Made by a program: the position numbers and the translations under genes. Source: Malacoraja senta (taxonomy: Eukaryota). Taken from it: a stretch of 64,000 nucleotides of DNA. Below the pieces are notes generated by a model, which saw only the letters and a program-made list of their open reading frames with translations, had not been told where the DNA came from and made no database searches. Positions 1-12,495 of the stretch are shown in pieces (position 1 is the first letter of the stretch; each line of letters begins with the position of its first letter). Location: the NCBI GenBank assembly GCA_038087875.1, contig CM075995.1:1676001-1740000 (forward strand), given 5' to 3'.

Positions 1-130
1 GGATAGGACAGGTTAGAGGGATATGGGCCAAACGCTGGCAGGTGGGACTAGTGTACACGGGACACGTCGGTCAGCATTGACAAGTCGGACTCATGGGCCT
101 GTTTCCACGCTGTATGACTCTATGACTCTA
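1..130 (+). mobile_element. CR1 LINE 3' end (HER1-like tail)
   Basis: Encodes the ORF2 terminus (DRTG.EGYGPNAGRWD) and ends GGGCCTGTTTCCACGCTGTATGACTCTATGACTCTAT. Confidence 0.8.
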
Positions 131-372
131 TAACAGCTGGAAGAAACTGTCCCTGAATCTGGAGGTGTGCGTTTTCACACTTTTGTCCCTCTTGGCCGAT
201 GGGAGAGGGAGAAGTGGGAGTGACCGGGGTGACGAGACACATCCATGATTATGCTGCTGGCCTTGCCGAGGCAGTAGTGTGAGGTGTAAATGGAGTCAAT
301 GGAAGGGAGGTTGGTTCGTGTGATGGTCCGGGCTGCGTCCACAATTCTCTGCAACTTCTTGCGGTCTTGGTT
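131..372 (-). mobile_element. Rex1/Babar-type LINE, ORF2 C-terminal fragment
   Basis: Peptide RKKLQRIVDAARTITRTNLPSIDSIY...HPGH; same family as 43021-43492. Confidence 0.75.
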
Positions 373-643
373 GAATCTGTCTAAGGCCCATTTGTAGAAG
401 CAGATCGGCACTACTGAGTAGACTCCTCTCAGAGACTGAGGAGAGACCTGATAGAGGTATATAAAATTAGGATAGGTACAGTGAGTTTTGTTGTGGATGA
501 AGTCTTCATTTCCCTGCCACAACGTATGAAGTTCAAGCTCCTGTAGCTCCTCGAATCCTTATTGAGGCTAACTTGTGTAAAAGAGCTTTCATACCCATAA
601 AGGAATGTTTACTATCCTTAAGAAATACACCTGTGGCTATAAA

Positions 644-1356
644 GGTACGTGTGCGGATGTGGCGCCGACGGACGAGAAGCCAAGCTAAGAAGTGGAAGCC
701 AAATAACTGAATGGAAACAAAGCCGAAACGCCAACTAACCGAAAGGATGGGACGCCTAAATGCAAACTAACCGAAAGGGCGGGACGCTTAAAAGCCAACT
801 AACCGAAAGGCTGCGTCACCTAAAAGCAAACTCACAAAATGGCCGCTCTGCGTGGACCACGTGGAGGGTGGCCGTGGGAGAGTGGGGCTGTCCCGAGCCA
901 TGCGCAACTTGGTGCTTGGGTTCAGATTGCCCAGTCACCTATGGCTTGTGTGGGAAAATTACCCTCAACCTCCCACCCTTGGAGACGGGAATGCCGGGGT
1001 CATTTTCCCACAATGCCGAAGGCTGTGGGTTGGGTGGAGCGGAGGTTTGGGACAATGTTCGTCCCAAACATGTGAAGTGATGGACGCGGGGGTCTGGACC
1101 AATCGCTGACAAGTCCCGCCTCCCGGCAACGTCATGTCCGTTATTTGACTTCTCTGTTGAGCGGCAGCCGGTTCGTTGGCTTGCAGGCGACGCAGCCTTT
1201 CGGTTAGTTTGCATTTAGGCGTCCCATCCTTTCGGTTAGTTGGCGTTTCGGCTTCGTTTCCATCTGGTTATTTGGCATTTCGGCTTTGTTTTCATTCGGT
1301 TATTTAGCTCCACTTCTTTGCTTCGGCTTCTCGTCCATCGCGCCACTTCGGGTACC
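644..1356. mobile_element. Foldback-like non-autonomous DNA element with long imperfect TIRs
   Basis: Termini GGTAC...GTACC; the arms are reverse complements over >130 bp with AACTAACCGAAAGG subrepeats; ATAAA flanks both sides (639-643, 1357-1361). Confidence 0.75.
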
Positions 1357-1470
1357 ATAAAAGTACATTTCAAAATAGCATCATAATACAAAATGATGAC
1401 ATAAAATGTGAAATTTGTTTCTGTAATGTACTGGTCATCACATTCCCCTGACATGTGAAAGGTTCCCGGT

Positions 1471-2030
1471 GTGGACAGCACTGTGGCGCAGCGGTAGAGT
1501 TGCTGCCTTACAGCGCCTACAGCACTAGAGACCATGTGAGTTTTCTCCGAGATTTAGTTTAGTTTAGTTTAGTTTAGAGATACAGCGCGGAAACAGGTCC
1601 TTCAGCCCACCGAGTCTGCGCCGACCAGCGATCCCCGCACATTAACACTATCCTACACACACTAGGGACAATTTACACTTACACCAAGCCAATTAACCTA
1701 CAAACCTGTACGTCTTTGGAGTGTGGGCGGAAACCGAAGATCTTGGAGAAAACCCACACGGTCACGGGGAGAACGTACATACTCCGTACAGGCAGCACCC
1801 GTAGTCGGGATCGAACCCAGGTCTCCGGCGCAGCAAGCGCTGTAATGCAGCAACTCCACCGCTGTGCCACCGTGCCGCACTCCGAGATCTTCGGTTTCCT
1901 CCCACACTCCAAAGACGTGTAGGTTAATCGGCTTGGTATAAATGTGTTAGTGTGCGTAGATTGCCGGTCGGCGCGGACTTGCTGGGCCGAAGGGCCTATT
2001 TCCGCGCTGTATCTCCACACTAAACTAAAT
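1471..2030 (+). mobile_element. HE1-like V-SINE (internally deleted), split by a second SINE
   Basis: Head TGGCGCAGCGG at about 1484; V-core and tail resume at 1880; CTCCGAGAT duplicated at 1545-1553 and 1880-1888. Confidence 0.75.
1554..1879 (-). mobile_element. HE1-like V-SINE, full length
   Basis: A-box-like head, B box GGTTCGATCC, V-core GGTTTCC..CCCACACTCCAAAGAC, CR1-like tail, (TAAAC)n, 9-bp TSD. Confidence 0.88.
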
Positions 2031-2353
2031 GAAAATACGACTCCAATTTATTCAACAAAATCTGAAAAAAATTGATTCCTCATTCGAAGTGTTGATAATT
2101 AAAACTGGAACATAATGTAACATTATATTGTCAACATCTTTAACGTTATAATTAGAGCTTTGGAGTGATGTAAAAAAATTAGTCACAATTAGTCAGGCAA
2201 TTAAAGATTAATTGCAGGTTAGTCTGGTTTTAATCACTTATTAAGCAATGAGGAAAGGCCAGTATTTAGTGCAGGCGCGCTGAATATGAGAGGGAGGCTG
2301 AAGGGGACGGGTGTGGAGAAACAGAGAGGGAAAGTGGGGCATGGACAAAGGTT

Positions 2354-2853
2354 GTTTAGTTTAGTTTAGAGATACAGCGCGGAAACATGCCCTTCAGCCC
2401 ACCGAGTCCGCGCCGACCAGCGATCCCCGCACATGAACACCATCCTACACACACTAGAGACAATTTACAATTTTACCAAGCTAATACACCTACAAACCTG
2501 TACGTCTTTGGAGTGTGGGAGGAAAACCGAAAATCTTGGGGGAAAACCCATGCAGGTCATGGGGAAACTCCTTAAGGGCCTGTCCCACTTGGCTGTGTTT
2601 TGCGCGCCATTTAGGCGACCTGCTAGCGTGTGGGTAGCATGTGGGTAGCGTGTGGGTAGCATGTGGGTAGCGCGGGGACGGGCGTACAGAGTGGCGTGGA
2701 GGAGTGTGGACTTCGTCCTGCACGAAATCTTCGCGCGCCAGTGATGGCCCAAGTGGGACAGGCCCTTTACAGACAAGCACCTCGTAGTCAGGATCGAACC
2801 CGGGCCGCTGGCGCTGTAAGGCAGCAACTCTACCGCTGCGCCACCGTGCCGCC
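2354..2853 (-). mobile_element. HE1-like V-SINE interrupted by a Harbinger-type MITE
   Basis: Same head, core and tail as other copies; resumes after the MITE at a TTA duplication. Confidence 0.85.
2575..2766. mobile_element. PIF/Harbinger-type MITE 1
   Basis: TIR AGGGCCTGTCCCACTTGG...CCAAGTGGGACAGGCCCT with TTA TSD. Confidence 0.85.
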
Positions 2854-3212
2854 ACCGTTGTTCTGGGGTAAAGAGGGCATGAGTGGGATGGAGGGAAGGG
2901 AGGAAGGTGAGGAGGAGGGGGAGTGAGATTGGAGGCGGGTGGCTATCTCCACTTGTGCATATGTGCATGGTACGGAGGCTAGTCCCAAAGCCTCGGACAC
3001 AGCTCCGAGCTCATTGTCTATTGAGTGGTTGTGATCCCTGCTCACCTACAGTCCCACCAACCCACATGTGCTCCATATCCCTCCAATCCACAAGTGCTGC
3101 AAGTCTCTACGGGGTAGGTGGGGATGGTCACAGCACAAACAGTGGAAGGAACGGACAACATGTCCAGCAATCCACCTCGCCATCCCAGGAAGCAGCTTCT
3201 GCCCCACCAGAG

Positions 3213-3506
3213 GAAGAGTTGCTGCCTTACAGTGAATGCAGCGCCGGAGACCCAGGTTCAATCCCGACTACGGGTGCTGTCTGTGTGGAGTTTGTACGTT
3301 CCCCCCGTGACCTGGGTGGGTTTCCTCCGAGATCTTCGGTTTCCTCCCACACTCCAAAGACGTGCAGGTTTGTAGGTTAATTGGCTTGGTAAATGTAAAA
3401 ATTGTCCCTAGTGGGTGTAGGATAGCGTTCATGTGCGGGGATTGCTGGTCGGCGCGGACCCAGTGGGCCGAAAGGCCTGTTTCCGCGCTGTATCTCTAAA
3501 CTGAAA
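3213..3506 (+). mobile_element. HE1-like V-SINE, 5' truncated
   Basis: B box, V-core and CR1-like tail present. Confidence 0.85.
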
Positions 3507-3529
3507 CAGTCACAGTGTCATAGAATGAT

Positions 3530-4625
3530 AATCATAGAGTCATAGTCATAGAGTGATACAGTGTGGAAACAGGCCCTTCAGCCCAACATGTCCCCAGCTA
3601 CATTGGTCCCATCTGCATCTTGGTCCACATTGGTCTACATTGGCCCCATCCCATCTTGGTCCATATCCCTCCAAACCTGTCATATCCATGTACCTGTCCA
3701 ATTATTTCTTAAACATTGGGATAGTCCCTGCCTCAACTACCTCCTCTGGCAGCTGGTTCCATACACCCACCACCCTTTGTGTGAAAAAAATACCCCTCGG
3801 ATTCCTATTAAATCTTTTCCCTTTCACCTTAAACTTATGTTCTATGGTCCTCGATTCACCTATTTTTGGGCAATAGACTGTTCATCGACTTGATCTGTTC
3901 CTCTCATGATTTTGTACACCTCTATAAGGCAATGCCTCATCCTCCTGCGCTCCATGGAATAGAGTGCCAGCCTACTCAACCTCTCCCTATAGCTCACACC
4001 CTCTAACCCTGGCAACATCCTCGTAAATCTTCTCTTATGCTGATAGAATGGAGCGGCTGGGCTTGTACTCTCTGGAGTTTAGAAGGATGAGAGGGCATCT
4101 TACTGAAACATATAAGATTGTTAAGGGTTTGGACACGCTAGAGGCAGGAAACATGTTCCCGATGTTGGAGGTATCCAGAACCAGGGGCCACAGTTTAAGA
4201 ATAAGGGGTAAGCCATTTAGAACAGGGACGAGGAAACACTTTTTCTCACAGAGAGTGGTGAGTCTGTGGAATTCTCTGCCTCAGAGGGCGGTGGAGGCCG
4301 GTTCTCTGGATACTTTCAAGAGAGAGCTAGATAGGGCTCTCAAAGATAGCGGAGTCAGGGGATATGGGGAGAAGGCAGGAACGGGGTATTGATTGGGGAT
4401 GATCAGCCATGATCACATTGACTGACGGTGCTGGCTCGAAGGGCCGAATGGCCTACTCCTGCACCTATTGTCTAATGTCTATTGTCTATTGTCTGCACTC
4501 TTTCCAGATTGACAACATCTTTCCTATAACATGGTGCCCCATAACTGAACGCAACACTCTAAATGCGGCCTCACCAACGTCTTATACAACCGCAACCTGA
4601 CCTCCCAACCTCCATGCTCAATGCT
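3530..4625 (-). mobile_element. CR1 3' fragment (HER1-like tail) with a nested CR1
   Basis: Reverse-strand ORF2 C-terminus and (CTATGA)n-type tail; interrupted at about 4036-4494. Confidence 0.8.
4036..4494 (+). mobile_element. CR1 3' fragment, (ATTGTCT)n-tail subfamily
   Basis: ORF 4048-4392 LGLYSLEFRRMRG...HFFSQRVVSLWNSLP...GYGEKAGTGY. Confidence 0.9.
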
Positions 4626-4965
4626 TGGAAATGCGACATTGGAAATGCTGGGAAACAAATACAAGGAGATTAACACTAGCTCTTCGTTCATTCACAGGAG
4701 GAATTCCACCCGGAACTAAATCTGCCTTCAGTGATTAAAAACAGAACAAGTGAAATGAAGTGATCCATGCTTGCCAACTCGTTAAGAGAAGTAGGTGACC
4801 AGCTATTTGTTCTTGGTTCATAAAACCAAAGAGGAACTGCAAATTGCAACCGTGAGCCGACTCAAGCGTAATGAGTAACTTGTATGTTTCTATATTCCCA
4901 ACTATACAAACATATTCCCATCATGAGCACAATTACAGGCACAAAGATTAAACATAGTTAAGTAT

Positions 4966-5600
4966 ACATAGAAACATAGAAAATAGGTGCAGGAGTAGGC
5001 CATTCGGCCCTTCGAGCCAGCACCGCCATTCAATATGATCATGGCTGATCATCCAAAATCAGTACCCCGTTCTTGCTTTCTCCCCATATCCCTTGATTCT
5101 GTTAGCCCTAAGAGCTATATGTAACTCTCTCTTGAAAACATCCAGTGAGTTGGCCTCCACTGCCTTCTGTGGCAGAGAATTCCACAGATTCACAACTCTC
5201 TGTGTGAAAAGGTTTTTCCTCATCTCAGTCCTAAATAGCCTACCCCTTATTCTTAAACGGTGACCCCTAGTTCTGGACTCCCCCAACATCGGAACAGTTT
5301 TCCTGCATCTAGCCTGTCCAATCCTTTAAGAATTTTATATGTGTCCATCAGAAACCCTCTCATCCTTCTAAATTCCGGTGATTACAAGCCCAGTCGACCC
5401 ATTCTTTCATCATATGTCAGTCCCATCATCCCGGGGATTAACCTGGTAAGCCTACGCTGTACTCCCTCAATAGCAATAATGTCCTTCCACAAAGTAGGAG
5501 ACCAAAACTGCTCAAAAATACTCCAGATGTGGTCTCACCAGGGCCTTGTACAACTGCAGTAGGACCCCCTTGCTCCTATGCTCAAATCGTCTCGCTATGA
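4966..5600 (-). mobile_element. CR1 3' fragment, (TTCTATGT)n-tail subfamily
   Basis: ORF 5059-5289 RTRGH...FTQRVVNLWNSLP; characteristic 3' UTR. Confidence 0.88.
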
Positions 5601-5807
5601 ATTGGTAATAGTTGGTAATGTGCATAGAAGGTTTTGTTCAAATTCAGTTGGTACATTCATTAAAGGTTTAGTTCAAAGGTTTCGTTCAAATGCCATATGT
5701 CAAATGTCAAGAGAGTTTTATTGTCATAAGTCCTGAAACGGAACAATGACATATTTACTTGCAGCAGCACAACAGACAAAGAGGGGGCTGGTTGAGTGGT
5801 GGGAAAT

Positions 5808-7020
5808 CATCGAGTGATACAGTATGGAAACAGGCCCTTCGGCCCAACTTGCCCACACCGGCCAACATGTCCCATCTGTGGCAGAGAAGGAATGTTGGCC
5901 TTCATAACAAGAGGATTTCAGTATAGGAGTAGAGAGGTTCTTCTGCAGTTGTATAGGGCTCTGGTGAGACCACATCTGGAGTATTGCGTACAGTTTTGGT
6001 CTCCTAATTTGAGGAAGGACATCCTTGTGATTGAGACAGTGCAGCGTAGGTTCACGAGATTGATCCCTGGGATGGCGGGACTGTCATATGATGAAAGATT
6101 GAAAAGACTAGGCTTGTATTCACTGGAGTTTAGAAGGATGAGGGGGATCTTATAGAAACATATAAAATTATAAAAGGACTGGACAAGCTGGATGCAGGAA
6201 AAAATTTCCCAATGTTGGGTGAGTCCTGAACCAGGGGCCACAGTCTTAGAATATAGGGGAGGCCATTTAAGACTGAGGTGAGAAAAAAACGTTTTCACCC
6301 AGAGATTTGTGAATTTGTGGAATTCCCTTCGACAGAGGGCAGTGGAGGCCAAATCACTGGATGGATTTAAGAGAGAGTTAGATAGAGCTCATGGGGCTAG
6401 TGGGATCAAAGGATATGGGGAGAAGGCAGGCACGGGTTATTGATTGGGGACGATCAGCCATGATCACAATGAATGGCAGTGCTGGCTCGAAGGGCCAAAT
6501 GGCCTCCTCCTGCACCTATTTTCTATGTTTCTATGTTTCTATCTACACTAGTCCCACCTGCCTGTGTTTGGCACATATCCCACCAAACCTGTCCTATCCA
6601 CGTACCTTTCCAGACATTTCTTAAACATTGCGATACTGTCCGCCGCAACTATCTCCTCTGGCATCTCGTGCCATACACCCCCCACTCTTTGTGTGACAAA
6701 GCTACCCCTCAGGTTCCGATTACATCTTTCCCCCTCACCTTAAACCTAAGTGTCTGGTTCTTGACTCCCCTACTCTGGGCAAAAGGCTCTGAGCATTACC
6801 TGATCTATACTGCTCTTGATTTTGTACACCTCTATAAGATCACCTCTCATCCCCCTGCGTTCCAAGAAATTGAGCCTTAGCCTGCCCCAACCTCTCCCTC
6901 TCGCTCTGACCATCGAGTCACGGCAACATTCTTGTCGATTTTCTCTGCACCCTTTCCAGCTGGACAACATCTTTCCTACAACATGGTGACCAAAACTGAA
7001 CACAATACTCATACTCTAAA
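5808..7020 (-). mobile_element. CR1 3' fragment hosting a + strand CR1 at about 5889-6540
   Basis: Host tail at 5808-5878 resumes at about 6540; the insert encodes [15 protein letters not shown]...QRRFTRLIPG. Confidence 0.8.
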
Positions 7021-7180
7021 GGTAGACACAAAGTGCTGGATTAATTCAGCGGGACAGGCAGCATTTCTGAAGAGTAGGGATGAGTGACGTTCCGGGTCGA
7101 GACCCTTCTTCAGACTGAGAGTCAGGGGAGAGGGAGACACAGGCATATGGAAGGGTAAGGTCACCCACTCCTTCTCTCCA
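7020..7180 (-). mobile_element. Penelope-like terminal (pLTR) fragment with degenerate hammerhead-like motif
   Basis: Matches the sequence downstream of the GIY-YIG ORF at 30577-30888. Confidence 0.7.
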
Positions 7181-7790
7181 GCCCTTCAACCCACAGATTC
7201 CGTACCAACCAGCGATCCCTGCCCATTAACACTATCCTACACAAGGGACAATTTTTACATATTTTTACACCAAGGCAAATCACCTACAAACCTGCACGTC
7301 TTTGTTTTGTATCAAAAATAATTTATTTAATTACGATCACGATAGAAAACAAAACCATGGTAACACACCCACCCCCACAGTGCAAAATCACCAAATTATC
7401 TAGGCACTAAATTTTCAAACATTTTTCAACCAATTCAAATTTTCAACCAGTCAAACAACTGCGTTACAATCCTTACAAATATACTAAATAGCTACTATAC
7501 AACTATGTCCCTCTCTAACACCACCCACGTGCGGACGTAACACCGGAAAAGGCGCAAACATCTTGCTCGGGCAGAGCCCTCTTCCGCCTGGCGCCGTAAC
7601 TCGCGGATGGCCAGCTTGGCCAGGCCACCTGTACGCCTTTGGAGTGTGGGGAGGAAACCGGAAGATCTCGGAGAAAACCCACACGGGTCGCGGGGGGAAC
7701 GTACAAACTCCGCGCAGACAAGCACCCGTAGCCAGGATCGAACCCGGGTCTCTGGTGTTGGTAGCTCTGGAAGGCAGCAACTGTGCCGTC
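7180..7790 (-). mobile_element. HE1-like V-SINE interrupted by a Tx1/L1-like 3' fragment (about 7305-7625)
   Basis: SINE tail and head flank an insert encoding LFRCYVRTWVVLERD, homologous to the 12216-12495 element. Confidence 0.7.
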
Positions 7791-7977
7791 GTGCGGCCGG
7801 TAAAATTCTGGAGTAACTCAGCGGGTCAGGCAGCATCTACGCAAAGCAAAGTATTTCACTGTATCTCGTTACATGTGAGAATAAAGTATAATTGAATCAT
7901 TGAATCCTCTCTGGAGAAAAAGAATGGGTGACCCATTCCAATGGGGTGGGACCCTTCTGCTGAAGAAGGTCCTTCTT

Positions 7978-8005
7978 CTGAAGAAGAGTCTCGACCCGAA
8001 ACGTC
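7978..8005 (+). ncRNA. Minimal type I hammerhead-ribozyme-like motif (Penelope pLTR)
   Basis: CTGAAGA-A-GAGTCTCGACCC-GAAA-CGTC. Confidence 0.5.
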
Positions 8006-8914
8006 ACCCATCCCTTTTCTCCGGAGATGCTACCTGACCCGCTGAGTTACTCCGGCACCTTGTGTGTTCCCTTGTTCTGAACCAGCATCCGCAGTCCTTG
8101 TTTCTCTAATCCAATACCTGTCCCAATCCTGGCCATTCCCTCTTCACCTTGCTCGCATCGGGCAGAATGTACTAAGCACGCACCAGACTCAGGAACAGCT
8201 TCTGTTATCCGGCTTCTGAACGGTCCTCGCACAAAGTCATAAGCCACACTCTCCACTGAAGGAGGGAGTCAGGAAATTCATCTAAAAACCAAGTGAGAGC
8301 CAGAAATAAACGTCTAAAAATAACAGGACAGAAGTTCACAAGTGAGAGGAGCGGAATTAGGCCATTTGGCTCATCAAATCCACTCCGCCATTCAATCATG
8401 GCTGATCTATCTCTCCCTCCTAACCCCATTCTCCTGCCATGAACCAGGGTACTGTCCGATTCACCTCTGCTCTATTGTGTCCATTCGGATTTGTCCATGG
8501 AACTGGTGCGCTACAAGGCTGAGAATGACACAGATTGGATCAGATTGGAATAGCATGCAAAATAAAGCTTTTCACATGGGACAAAGTCGGTACATGGGAC
8601 AATAATAATAAAGCTAAACCTAAACCTTCTTATCTTATCTCTGGCCTCTGGTATGTACCTGCCAACCCCACCCTCCTTGTCGGTGTCTACCTGTTACCTG
8701 CCACGCTCTGCCCTGCCTCTCCCCTTTCACAGCTCTCTTCCTCGCCCACCCCCCCCTCCTCCCTCACCCTCCTCACCCCTACAATGTTTGAAGATGGGTC
8801 TCGGCCCGAAACATCACCTATCCATGTTCACCAGAGTTGCTGCCTAACTTGCTGAGTTACTCCAGCACTAAACCGTGGCTATGCAGGCATTGGAGAGGAA
8901 TGGATCACTTGCAG

Positions 8915-9207
8915 ACAATAGACAATAGACGACAGGTGCAGGAGTAGGCCATTCGGCCTTTCGAGCCAGCACCGCCATTCGCTGTGATCATGGCTGATCA
9001 TCCACAATCAGTATCCCATTCCTGCCTTCTCCCCATAACCCCTGACTCCGCTATCGTTAAGAGCCCTATCTAGCTCTCTCTTGAAAGTATCCAGAGAACC
9101 GGCCTCCACCGCCCTCCGAGGCAGAGAATTCCACAGACTCACAACTCTCTGGGTGAAAAAGTGTTTCTTCATCCCCATTCTAAATGACCTACCCCTTATT
9201 CTTAAAC
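8915..9207 (-). mobile_element. CR1 3' fragment
   Basis: (AGACAAT)n tail and ORF2 terminus on the minus strand. Confidence 0.85.
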
Positions 9208-9299
9208 TGCGATAGAGATGGAGTACTTTAACCAGACAGCACGTAGGGCACAGTCATTGCGGGCCGAAGGGCCTGTTCCTATTCCGTACTGTTCAATGT

Positions 9300-9650
9300 T
9301 CTTCTTTTTTTTAATTTTTTTAATTTTTATTAGTAGTAAGTACAATATTGTAGTACATAAGTACCTAATACACACTGAGATATTACAGTTCATGTACAAC
9401 TTCTTATTTTTAATTTAACAATAAAACAGACAATGAAGATAGGAAAGATAGAGGAAAAGAGAGTATCGTTAAAAAGTGGTGAAAGTGTTAGTTCGTGAAA
9501 TAGTAAAGAAAGCCCGAAGAAAGAAACAGGTAAACAAAAAGGTAGAAAATGGTAAAGAGAGAGAAAAAAAAAGAAACAGAAGAAAAAAGAAGTAGAGAAA
9601 AAAAAAAGGAAGGAAATAAAAAGAGAGAGATTACGAGAGATATACCTATT
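9300..9650 (-). mobile_element. L1-like 3' UTR with poly(A) remnant
   Basis: Reverse complement resembles the 3' UTR of the L1-like insert at 23264-23733; a related piece lies at about 10370-10545. Confidence 0.55.
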
Positions 9651-10061
9651 CAATGTTCAATGTTCTGAGACAGGAGATTATGGGCTCAGGTCCCTCCCAG
9701 GAGACGAGTGCTGTATTGCCACGCGATCATTTAATGTCATATTTGTGCAATATTACATACGTGCTGTGCAATAACTGGTCACTTAAATGTCATCATTATA
9801 AATATGCACATGACGTGTTCAGTTTCAGTTCAGTTTAGTTTATTGTCGCATGTACCGAGGTACAGTGAAAAGGTTCTGTTGCGTGCTAACCAGTCAGCAG
9901 AAAGACAATGCATGATTAATGTATTCAATGCCTTGTAACATATCTTTTTGACTGGTGCCAGACCAATTTCCCTCTGGGATAAATGAAGTGGTATCAGATC
10001 GTATCGTATTATTGGCTTCTAACCTGAAGTCCTATCCAAAGCTGGGCATGAAAGACTTCAA

Positions 10062-10242
10062 GGATAGACACAAAAAGCTGGAGTAACTCAGCGGGTAAGG
10101 CAGCATTTCTGGAGAGAAGGAATGGGTGGGTGACGTTTCGGGTGGTGACCCTTCCTCAGACGATGCTGCCTGTCCCACTGAGTTACTCCAGCTTTTTGTG
10201 TCTATCTTCGGTTTAAACCAGCATCTGCAGTTCCTTCTTACA
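10062..10242. mobile_element. Penelope-like inverted pLTR pair
   Basis: GATAGACACAAAAAGCTGGAGTAACTCAG is inverted against CTGAGTTACTCCAGCTTTTTGTGTCTATC; hammerhead-like core on the minus strand at 10132-10159. Confidence 0.75.
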
Positions 10243-10696
10243 GAAAGACCAAGGAACAATTTGAAGGAAGAAGTCAGTGATCTGACCTTCATTTATCCCT
10301 CACACAGAGGATGGTGGGTGTATGGAACGAGCTGCCAGAGGATATAGTTGAGGCAGGTGCTAAAACAGACTTTTTTTAAAAATTTATTTTTTAATTTTAA
10401 TATTTTATTTTATTAGAGGTAAGTACAGTCATATGGCACCAAAGTGCCTAATATATATTTGCATAATACATTTTATGTACATCTTCTTATTTTTTTTAAA
10501 TTATAATAAAGAAAAATAAGAAAAATAAATTAGATAATAAAGACTAAAATAGACTTTAGGACAGGTACATGGATAGGACAGGTTTAGAGGGATATGGGCC
10601 AAACACAGGCAGGTGGGACTAGCGAAGATGGAACATCTTGGTCAGTTTGGACAAGTTGGGCCGAAGGGCCTGTATCATGCTGTTTGATTCTGTGAC

Positions 10697-11201
10697 TCAT
10701 AGAATCATAGAGTGATACAGTGTGGAAACAGGCCCTTCGGCCCAACTTGCCCACACCGGCCAACATGTCCCAGCTACACTAGTCATAGAAACATAGAAAC
10801 ATAGAAAATAGGTGCAGGAGTAGGCCATTCGAGCCAGCACCGCCATTCAATATGATCATGGCTGATCATTCAAAATCAGTACCCCGTTCTGGCTTTTTCC
10901 TCATATTCCTTGATTCCCTTAGCCCTAAGAGCTAAATCTAACTTTCTCTCGAGAGCCCTAGACTCTCCCACAGTGGAAACGATGAGAGCCTTCGACTCTC
11001 CCTGCCTGCGTTTGGTCCATATCCCTCCAAACCTGTCCTGTCCATGTACCTGTCTAACTGTTTCTTAAACGTTGGGATAGTCCCTGCCTCAAGTACCTCC
11101 TCTGGCAGCTTGTTCTGTACACCCACCACCCTCTGTGTGAAAAAGTTACCCCTCGGATTCCTATTCAATCTTTGCCCCTTCACCTTGAACCTATGACCTC
11201 T
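10697..11201 (-). mobile_element. Nested CR1 3' fragments
   Basis: Two different CR1 tails and the peptide RGHRFKVKG...FFTQRVV...YMDRTGLEGYG. Confidence 0.8.
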
Positions 11202-11573
11202 GGGCATAGACTCGGTCAATGGAGATCTCTTTGGAAGTATCGCGCAGCTGTTAATGGGATCCTGCCGTGCACACATGCAGGCTCACTGACAGCCGCACGC
11301 CGACTGCTCTTCTGAAGCACTTTGTGAGCTGCAGCTTAGAGTGGAACCGCCTGTGGATGTGAAAGCAAGTGATTGTTCCCCCTTTATCGTTCAAATCCAG
11401 AATCACTTCTCGTTTGCCCTTGAATCGGTGAGACAAACGTGTTTGCCTTTCCCACAAGTTGGGGGCTTTCAGTCAGTTCGGGAACTTGAAGATAAAGTTG
11501 TGCACTGTAATAGCGGCCCGACAGATGAGGAACCTTCATTCCCCTAATAGATTATTCCAACAGAGGAATCCTC

Positions 11574-12202
11574 TTTTTTTTTCTTTTTTTTTTCAAATTT
11601 TAAATCAAATACTTTATTCCAAAAACAAAATCAACATACAAAATAGTATAGCATTCATATCAATAGACAATAGGTGCAGGAGTAGGCCATTTGGCCCTTC
11701 GAGCCAGCGCCGCCATTCAAAGTGATCATGGCTGATCATCCCCAATCAGTACCCCGTTCCTGCCTTCTCCCCATATCCCCTGACTCCGCTATCTTTAAGA
11801 GCCCTATCTAGCTCTCTCTTGAAAGCATCCAGAGAACCGGCCTCCACCGCCCTCTGAGGCAGAGAATTCCACAGACTCACCACTCTCTGTGAGAAAAAGC
11901 GTTTCCTCGTCTCCGTTCTAAATGGCTTACTCCTTATTCTTAAACTTTGGCCCCCGGTTCTGGACTCCCCCAACATCGGGATCATGTTTCCTGTCCAAGC
12001 CCTTAACAATCTTAAGAGGTACCAAATTTGCCTGTATCGGCAGTTTACAATCGAAACAAAAATTCAAATAAAAATCCTGCCATCCTTGTCTATAATACAA
12101 TCGAACTCCCGCAGCGACCAGCGTTCGCGGAAGGCCTCCGTCTCCGGGGACACCCGGGCACGGACGTAACCCCGGAAAAGGGGCAGGCAGCCGACCCCTG
12201 TG
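11574..12202 (-). mobile_element. Tx1/L1-clade 5'-truncated insertion A (contains a CR1 at about 11661-12015)
   Basis: Poly(T) at the left end, CAGAGGAATCCTC on both flanks, ORF C-terminus LPLFRGYVRARVS. Confidence 0.7.
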
Positions 12203-12215
12203 CAGAGGAATCCTC

Positions 12216-12495
12216 TTTTTTTTTTTTTTTTTCCGTAAATGTTTTTTTTATTAGATTTTTAAACAAATGTACAATTTACAAGGGAGGGTAGAAAGCTCAC
12301 ACAATTTAAAAAACACTTAAACAAAATTATCAAATTAAAATATTAACATTTTTATCTATAATATATTTAACCTCCTGCGGTGACCAGCGTTCACATAAGG
12401 CCTCCACAGTCCCCGTGGACACCGCGTGTTCCCTCTCTAGGGACACGCGGGCACGGACGTAACCCCGGAAAAGGGGCAGGCAGCCGACCCCTGTG
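12216..12495 (-). mobile_element. Tx1/L1-clade 5'-truncated insertion B
   Basis: Poly(T), peptide LPLFRGYVRARVSLEREHAVSTGTVEALCERWSP, flanked by CAGAGGAATCCTC. Confidence 0.7.
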
